A model generated the notes under the pieces. It worked only from the letters and a program-made list of their open reading frames with translations. It had not been told where the DNA came from and did not search any database. Source: Octopus vulgaris (taxonomy: Eukaryota). Taken from it: 64,000 bases of DNA. This document shows, piece after piece, positions 56,785 through 64,000 of this stretch. Both the position numbers and the translations under genes were made by a program. Within the stretch, counting starts at the first letter, position 1; the number at the start of each line of letters is the position of its first letter. The stretch spans positions 26,722,001 to 26,786,000 of the forward strand of contig OX597830.1 in NCBI GenBank assembly GCA_951406725.2, written 5' to 3'.

Positions 56785-57307
56785 AATGGACGGATAGGTC
56801 TCCTCACCTTGTTTGTTGTTACCACAACTTTTCGGTTGACGTACTCTCCAGCCTTCATCAGGTGTTCTAATGGAATTTCGAACCCAACCCTTTATTTGGA
56901 TAATGAGGCACTCTGTTCTCATTCCTAAGGTATTCTTTTTTTGCTGATTTTATCATTTGTTGATATTGTTTCTCAAGTCCCAGCCTGGAACTGAACTCAG
57001 AATCCGAGGGTTAGTAGCCCGTGCTCTTATCCACTACGCTATATGCCCGTAGGGATATCTCAGGTAGGGGCTTGAGAAATAATATTAACAAAAAATAGCA
57101 TCAGCAAAAAAAACAAAAAAACTTAGGAAAGAAAGCCGAGTACTCCATTAGTCAAATAAAGAGTTGCGTTCGAAATTCCACCAGAACTCTTGATGAAGGC
57201 TGGAGAGTAAATCGGCCGAAACGTTGTGGCAACAATAAAGTGAGGACATCTATCCGTCCATTGTTAATAATGTACAAATTCCTCATCTTTATAATATAGA
57301 ATAGTAC
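56785..57307. mobile_element. Palindromic tRNA-head/hammerhead element, copy C
   Basis: Inverted arms; tRNA-like head on - (~56976-57048); hammerhead motifs at ~56820-56866 (-, CTGATGA..GAAA) and ~57185-57230 (+, TTGATGA..GAAACGTT). Confidence 0.78.
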
Positions 57308-58133
57308 CGTTATTTGTGAGACTCTACACCAGGAATGTAGCAGCAGTGTCTGGAAAGGGCATAGATCGGGCTCCTAGCACCTTTGCCAAGGATGTTAAAA
57401 TAGAGATTTCAAATTTTGGCACGAGACCAGCAATTTGGGAGAGAGGCTGAGAAGATTACATCGACCTCAGTGTTCAACTGTTACTTTATTTTATTGACCC
57501 TTTATTGACCCCGAAAGGATAAAAGGTAAAGTCGACCGCGGTGGAATTTGAACTCAGAACGTAAAGAAAGACAAAATACTGCTAAGCATTTTGCCCAGCG
57601 TACTAACAATTCTACCACCTCACCGCCTTATGAATGGTTAAATATAATCTTAATTTGGCCCTATTTGTTCCATGATTGTGGTTTTACTTACGTCAAAGTT
57701 ACAGTTTTTCATGAAATATTTTCGTAGTAGACCTGGCTAATTTCTCGCTGTAATACGTTTGTTCGTCATAAATTTGTTAGACATAAATCAACTTTTGTTA
57801 ACTGTGCACTTCGTTTCATCTCGCTTTTATATTGACTAAAGTCTATCTATACATACATATACACTATCTGAGCATTCGATCGTATTTCAATACACGAAGT
57901 AGAGTCAGTGATTTTTCCAATTGATTGAGCACGGCACATTATATACGATCGATGCATTCGATTGTTTTTCTTCTTTTCAATAGACTCCACTCTCTATTTC
58001 TATTGATTAATGAACACAATACATTAATTTGCCATTAAAAAAATGTCAAATATTGTCTTTCCACAAACAAGTAATTTTGCAATATTTTTTATTGATTTGG
58101 ATTACATTATTAAGTAGCATCATTAAGAAGGAT

Positions 58134-58302
58134 TTTCTTCTTCTTCTTCTTCTTCTTCTTCTTCTTCTTCTTCTTCTTCTTCTTCTTCTTCTCCTCCTCC
58201 TCCTCCTCCTCCTCCTCCTTCTTCTTCTTCTTCTTCTTCTTCTTCTTCTTCTTCTTCTTCTTCTTCTTCTTCTTCTTCTTCTTCTTCTTCTTCTTCTTCT
58301 TC
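58134..58302. repeat. (TTC)n-(TCC)n-(TTC)n microsatellite
   Basis: Directly visible polypurine/polypyrimidine tract directly before a SINE. Confidence 0.95.
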
Positions 58303-58689
58303 AGGCGGCGAGCTGGCAGAAACGTTAGCGCGCTGGGCGAAATGCTTAGCGGTATTTCGTCTGCCGTTACGTTCTGAGTTCAAATTCCGTCGAGGTCGAC
58401 TTTGCCTTTCATCCTTTCGGGGTCGATTAAATAAGTACCAGTTACGCACTGGGGTCGATATAATCGACTTAATCCGTTTGTCTGACCTTGTCTTGTTTGT
58501 CCTCTCTGTGTTTAGCCCCTTGTGGGCAGTAAAGAAATAGTTATTTTGTCTGCCACTAGTTCAAATTCCGTCGAGGTCGACTTTGCCTTCCATCCTTTCG
58601 GCGTTGATTATTAAGTACAGTTGAGTACTGGGTCGATGTAATCGACCTTATCCTTTCCCCCAGTTTGAGGCCTTGTGCTTTCAGTAGAA

Positions 58690-58690
<1 letters not shown>
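58303..58690 (+). mobile_element. tRNA-derived SINE family 2 (GGCGGCGAGCTGGCAGAA...GAGTTCAAATTCC...GTCGACTTTGCCTTTCATCC), often dimeric
   Basis: A/B-box head. Copies at about 2523-2920(+), 16360-16760(-), 28480-28930(-), 34305-34535(-), 39420-39645(+), 45960-46155(+), 48092-48495(+), 60820-61210(+), with many decayed copies at 1330-1660, 3570-4100, 9470-9670, 14440-14610, 20180-21370 and 57405-57630. Confidence 0.88.
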
Positions 58691-58742
<52 letters not shown>

Positions 58743-58744
58743 GT

Positions 58745-59380
58745 ATGGTTTCCTTTCATTATAACTTTATTTCAGCTGCCTTAGTACTGGGCATCTTCTG
58801 GAGACCAAGAGTATCGAGGGCACTTTTGTCTTGCAATGCATGCTAAAATTATCACCGCATTTATTCCATTTTAGATGGCGAGTGCTTTCCGCAGTATATG
58901 GGCTGTACCCATCAAAATTATCTTTTGCAGTTCATGGAAATTGCAGTTATCAGGGAGTTGCTGAATATACTTCTAGCTCCCTTCTTTATCATTCCCAATG
59001 CACCAATTACCACTGGTACTATCGTAGAACTAAGCTTCCACATTTTTGTGATTTCAGTTTGCAGATCATTATATTGAGAAAACTTTTCGTATTCTTTTCT
59101 TCAGACATTTTGATCTTGTTGGACAGACATATCTATTAACAGACAAGTTCTTCTGTTGTAGTCCTCGATCACAATGTCTGGTCGATTGGAGTCTATTTTT
59201 CTGTCTATTTGTATTGGGAAGTTCTAAAGGATGGTGCCTGTACCACTTATCATGGGATTTAATTTTGTAGTATTAACAATCATTCCAGTAGATGTACTGA
59301 CCTCGTCTGTCATGTCTCATGAGGTACTCCTTTTCAGTGAGGACAAGGCAGCCAGAAACAACATAATCAATTGCCTCTCT
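58745..59380 (-). mobile_element. R4/Dong-clade non-LTR retrotransposon 3' fragment with (TAA)n tail
   Basis: Minus strand reads NRPDIVIEDYNRRTCLLIDMSV...EKFSQYNDLQTEITKMWKL...VPVVIGALG (PD..D nuclease). Confidence 0.8.
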
Positions 59381-59687
59381 TTTACTTGTTTCAGTCATTT
59401 GACTTTGGCCATGCTGGAGTACCGCCTTTAGTCGAGCAAATCGCCCCCAGGACTTATTCTTTGTAAGCCTAGTACTTTGTCTCCCACAGTGAATACAGAT
59501 AAATAAACAATACATTATTTATCAAACTCACAATGGAAATGCAAATAATTTTATTTTCTGCTCTTGAATTTCAGCTGCTTCCATTTTTCCGTAGTATAAC
59601 AACATCTGCAATTGTTAACGTCTCAGACAATATTTTCATTGATCACAACACTTATAAAAACCATCACCTTTTTCAAATGAGCTTTTT

Positions 59688-59740
<53 letters not shown>

Positions 59741-60179
59741 CATACACACACACATTATTACTTTTACTGGGGATTATTTTACATTTAGGACATTTTAAGA
59801 CTTAATATAAATATTGTCTTCATAATATAAAACAGACATCGCAATTTTAGAGATTTGTCGTAGGTAAATCTTAAAATTGCCGAAATGCAAGAAATTAAAG
59901 ACCAAATATGTTACAAACTACAGAAGTTTCTCAAGAAAGCCAAGAGAAAATGATGTTTTATAAACACATTCTACCAGAATACGAAGTTTAAAATTTTTTA
60001 GTTACCTAGAAATTATGTTAAAAACTGCCGTTCAAACCGAAAAGATCCTTACATGTAAAAATATGTATTATACATATGTACAGCATGTTAGTGGGATTGT
60101 TTTTGGTTTTTTAAATTGGGAAAAAGTAGGGGGAACAAAAGATGGTTTGTCCTCTGTCCCTGAAAAGTGTGTGGTGGGG

Positions 60180-60715
60180 AGAATTGTCCCCTGGTACTTT
60201 CCTGAAACAAAGCCCTTGATTATGAAGAAGAACTGTTTTCAAACAGTCTTTTATTGAACTATCACCATTCATCCACGTTTTGTTTATAACCATCAGAATT
60301 TATGAGTGAACTAAACCTTTTCAATACACAAGTCCACCATCTTCGTGGGCGAACTATATTTTGAATTCATCATGGCGACTGCTGAAAACACAAATGTCAG
60401 CGTCAGGGTAACATATATTCCATCTCTTTCTTGAACTTGAAATTTTATCTTAGCTTTTAAATACATTCAAATCACGAACTATGTTAGTCAAGTGTCCTTG
60501 TGATAGTAAATGTGGGTCGTTGGAAGAACAGACTGGAATGTTGAATGAGAAATGTCTTCATTCTTATTCTCTTGTGATATGTTCCGGCTTTCAATTGATT
60601 CCTTACACATAAAACGGTATTTCTTATTGGGAGAACCACCCCCTGAGTGGAGTGTGAGGATTAAAAAGTGGGCACGAAGAAAAAGGAAATATACGGAGGA
60701 ACACTGTATGCTATT
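60180..60715 (-). mobile_element. Chapaev-3-like (CMC) transposase remnant
   Basis: Minus strand reads PHLLSQGHLTNIVRDLN...SRHDEFK..F..EDGGLVY...DSSIKDCLKTVLLHNQG, matching the ELNDLVRDL and DSSK.SLK.VLLHNG blocks as I recall them for Chapaev-3; stops present. Confidence 0.6.
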
Positions 60716-61614
60716 TTATCATTAATGAAAAAGGGGAAATAAAATAAAAACATAAACAGGTTCCCATGCCAAAGAACGGAACCCGGAACGCCTGGGTTAA
60801 ACCTGGAATACCAACCGTCAGACCGGTAGAATCGTCATTGCGTTGGACAAAATGCTTAGCGGTATTTCGACTGTCGCTATATTCTGAGTTCAAATTCCGC
60901 CGAGGTCGACTTTGCTTTTCATCTTTTCGGGGTCAATTAAATAAGTACCAGTTACGCACTGGGGTCGATATAATCGACTTAATCCGTTTGTCTGTCCTTG
61001 TTTGTCCTCTCTGTGTTTAGCCCCTTGTGGGTAGTAAAGAAATAGGTATTTCGTTCGTCTTTACGTTCTGAGTTTAATATATCTGCCAGGGTCGACTTTT
61101 GTATTTCATCCTTTCGGGGTCGATAAGTTAAGTACCAGTTGAACACGGGGGTGGATATAATCGGCGTGCAGCAATCGCGAAATGGCTGGCTTTGTTCTAA
61201 AATTTGAAGCCAATATTTCTTAATATAATTGTGTGTTTCCTATTTTTAACGATTGTGATTTTCTTTCATTCCCGTTCCGTATTTCATGTACATAAAATGA
61301 AAGATCGTATATTTTATGTATATAAAACGAAATGTCGTCTATTGTATATACAGAAAGCAAAAGATCGTGCGCGACAGAAATGGTGCACTCTTTCAAATAT
61401 GGCAAACATAGATAAATAAATAAATATTCAAGCAAACAAAATAAAATAATTATGAGTGTGTGGTAAGAAGTTTGCTTCCCAACCACATGGTTCCGGGATC
61501 ACTCCAACTGCGTGGCACCTTGGGAAAGTGTCTTCTGCTACTGACGGATCCAACCTAAACCTTGGGAGCAGATTAGACGGAAACTGTATGGTAGCTCGTT
61601 CTACTTCCGGTCTT

Positions 61615-61790
61615 TCAATATGTGACCCCGTGTGTACCGTTGGCGATTTTTTTCCTCTGTCTTCCCTTCTCGGGATCTTTCCTTCTTCTATGTTTCCGAC
61701 GAAGAGCTCCGCTCGAAACGTTAAACCCCCCTTCTTCCCTTCTTTCCTGAGCGTCCAATTATTTGTTCCACGTCCTCGCGTTGTGTTTTT
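61615..61790 (+). mobile_element. Second copy of the same Penelope-like LTR fragment, hammerhead at 61692-61726
   Basis: Near-identical to the reverse complement of 38185-38355; GUUU-CCGACGA-A-GAGC(ucc)GCUC-GAAACGUU-AAAC, with core U4 changed to C. Confidence 0.7.
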
Positions 61791-61820
61791 TTGTTTTTTT
61801 TTGTGTTTTCTTGTTTGGAT

Positions 61821-61863
<43 letters not shown>

Positions 61864-62265
61864 TCACACATACGCACACACACATATGTATGTGTGTTTT
61901 ATGTATCTGTATATGTGTCTGCGTTAGTGTTTGTTCCCACTACCGCTTGACGATCGGTGTTGCTTTGTTTACAACCCATTACGTTGCTGGGATCTTTACC
62001 TTTTGACCAGCAGATTTAGAAAATAATTTTTTGTAACTAAACATATATACGACGGGATTCTTTCAGTTTCCGTCTACCAAATCCACTCACAAGGCTTTGG
62101 TTGGCTCGAGGCTATAGTAGAGGACACTTGCCTAAGGTGCCACGCAGTGGGACTGAACCCGGAACCACGTTGTTCGTTAGCAAGCTACTTACCAGGTTTT
62201 AACAATAAAAAGGGGGTAATTGTTCAATTTGGTGATATAATAAAAAAGTAAATAATAATAATAAA

Positions 62266-62428
62266 GGCGTAAGAGCTGCTGTGTGGTAAGTAGCTTGCTA
62301 ACGAACAACGTGGTTCCGGGTTCAGTCCCACTGCGTGGCACCTTAGGAAAGTGTCCTCTACTATAGCCTCGAGCCGACCAAAGCCTTGTGAGTGGATTTG
62401 GTAGACGGAAACTGAAAGAATCCCGTCG

Positions 62429-62461
<33 letters not shown>

Positions 62462-62690
62462 GTATGTATGTATGTATGTGTGTGTATGTGCTTGTGTGTC
62501 TGTGTTTGTCCCCCCAACATCGCTTGGCAACCTATGCTGATATGTTTACGTCCCCGTAACTTAGCGGTTCGGCAAATGAGATCAATAGAATAAGTACTAG
62601 GCTTACAAAGAATAAGTCCTGGGGTCGATTTGGTCGACTAAAGGCGGTGCTCCATCATGGCCACAGTCAACTGACTGAAACAAGTAAAAT
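62266..62690 (+). mobile_element. SINE family 1 copy
   Basis: Full-length match; its 5' part is duplicated in inverted orientation at 62043-62194. Confidence 0.88.
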
Positions 62691-62735
62691 AGCAAGGGGG
62701 AGATAAGTAGTAAAAGCGGCAAAGGGACATTGGGT

Positions 62736-62788
<53 letters not shown>

Positions 62789-62811
62789 AGAGAGAGAGAG
62801 AGAGAGAGAGT

Positions 62812-63160
62812 CTCAAGGAATTGTTTTTTGGGTCAAAGTTCCTGACCACACAGAAGAAACTTTAATTGAGCTGATACAAAGTTGGATTTTGCCTGGGTCT
62901 CACACAGTCAGCGATAGATGGTGAGCATATAATAACATTGGTATCCTCAATGGTGGTACCTACACACAAGAGGGTGATTATACACCAACAACATTTTGTT
63001 GATCCTCATGATCAAGACGTCCACACAGAAAATGTGGAAAATATCTGGATGCTGGTGAAACGGAAGTTGAGACGACAGTTTGGGACATTGGACCAATTGT
63101 TTGTTTCATACCTGCATGAGTTTCTCTGGGGTAATTCCACTGAGAAAAAGGAGACAGGGA
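62812..63160 (+). mobile_element. Merlin (IS1016/ISXO2-like) transposase remnant
   Basis: VPDHTEETLIELIQSWILPGSHTVSDRW*AY...HQQHFVDP...VHTENVENIW...SYLHEFLW. Confidence 0.85.
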
Positions 63161-63354
63161 TCTTTTCCTTTTGAACGGCAGTTTTCAACACAATTTCTAG
63201 TTAACTAAACACTTTTAAACTTCGTATACTGGTAGAATGTGTTAAAATAAAACATTTTTTTCTCTTGGCTTTCTTGACAAAACTGTAATTTGTAAGTTTA
63301 ACGTAGTTTAATTTTTCGAATTTTAACCAATCCTATCGCCTCTGTTGAGCTAAA
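63159..63354 (+). repeat. Dispersed repeat starting GGATCTTTTC..TTTGAACGGCAG
   Basis: Inverted copy at ~59860-60048 and a short copy at ~61989-62042. Confidence 0.7.
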
Positions 63355-63716
63355 ATCATTTGCTGCGTCTAAAACAGACAACATCCTGTCACTAACCCTA
63401 ACTCTAACTCTAACTCTAAATTTTAGCCTTTCGTTTTTTTTTTCTTAATTGTTAAATTAATTTAAGGATAACAATTAAGAAAAAAAAAAACGAAAGCAAT
63501 GGAAAATAATTTTAATTTAACAATTAAGAAAAAAAAAACGAAAGGCTAAAACGAAAGCAAAAACTCAAAACAAAAACAAAACGAATAATTTTAGACACAC
63601 GCGTAACAATTAAATTAATTTAACAATTAAGAAAAAAAAACCGAAAGGCTAAAATTTAGGGTTAGGGAAAGGGTTAGTGACAGGATGTTGTCTCAGTTTT
63701 AGACGTAGCAAATGAT
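63355..63716. repeat. Long inverted repeat with telomere-like TAACCC/TAACTC units
   Basis: ATCATTTGCTGCGTCTAAAAC..CATCCTGTCACTAACCC ... GGGTTAGTGACAGGATG..GTTTTAGACGTAGCAAATGAT. Confidence 0.8.
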
Positions 63717-63829
63717 TGTAGCAATATCGTCACACTCATTGCTATCTTCTCTGTTTAAGAAGAGTATTAAGAATAATCTCGTTCGAGATTACAAACATCT
63801 TCGACTAGTTTAACATTGTTGTAAACTCT

Positions 63830-63990
63830 AATTCGATTGGCTGATATGTGGTCTCTACTACGTTCGCGCCGCTGGTTGTCACGTGACGCGATTTGCCTCC
63901 GCTTATTTTCGCGCCATTGTTCCAAGCAGCCAATCACAGCTTTCCATTTCTGAAGTTCATTTTGAACCATATAAACCTTATATAAAGAAG
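63830..63990. promoter_or_regulatory. Cell-cycle-type promoter cluster of a neighbouring gene, probably beyond the window
   Basis: ATTGG (63836-63840), TTCGCGCC (63863-63870), palindromic GTCACGTGAC (63878-63887), TTTTCGCGCC (63906-63915), AGCCAATCA (63928-63936), CHR-like TTTGAA (63961-63966) and TATATAAAG (~63979) within 160 bp. Confidence 0.65.
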
Positions 63991-64000
63991 GGTTCTCAGA

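Noticed and set aside
60372-60407. Apparent first exon ATGGCG...MATAENTNVSVR|GTAAC on +
   Set aside because: It lies antisense within the Chapaev-3-like transposase remnant, and no downstream exons were found.

Overview
AT-rich, repeat-dense animal genomic DNA. The SINE families and microsatellite load suggest an octopus or other coleoid cephalopod (inference). The only host gene I can support is HELLS/LSH (SNF2-family lymphoid-specific helicase) on the minus strand. It has 19 phase-consistent GT-AG coding exons from 44898 down to 3016 (about 852 codons), and its 3' end runs off the left edge of the window. Its start codon appears to be split (AT|G) by a 10.8-kb first intron, an E2F site lies just upstream, and its Walker B reads DEGQ instead of the usual DEGH. 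A second E2F/CCAAT/E-box/CHR promoter cluster sits at the right edge. Everything else is transposon-derived or low complexity: three main SINE families, RTE and R4/Dong LINE fragments, Tc1/mariner (maT), hAT, piggyBac-like, Merlin and Chapaev-3 remnants, a non-autonomous Helitron, and a ~1.07-kb (CTA/CTG)n tract. The most unusual structure is a family of ~420-520-bp palindromic elements present in three copies. Each has a tRNA-like Pol III head at the hairpin apex and a minimal Penelope-type hammerhead ribozyme motif in each arm, so there is a hammerhead on both strands. At least three other hammerhead-bearing repeat families and several long fold-back inversions also occur, one of them inside a HELLS intron. 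Almost all ORF-track entries other than the HELLS exons and TE remnants are spurious.
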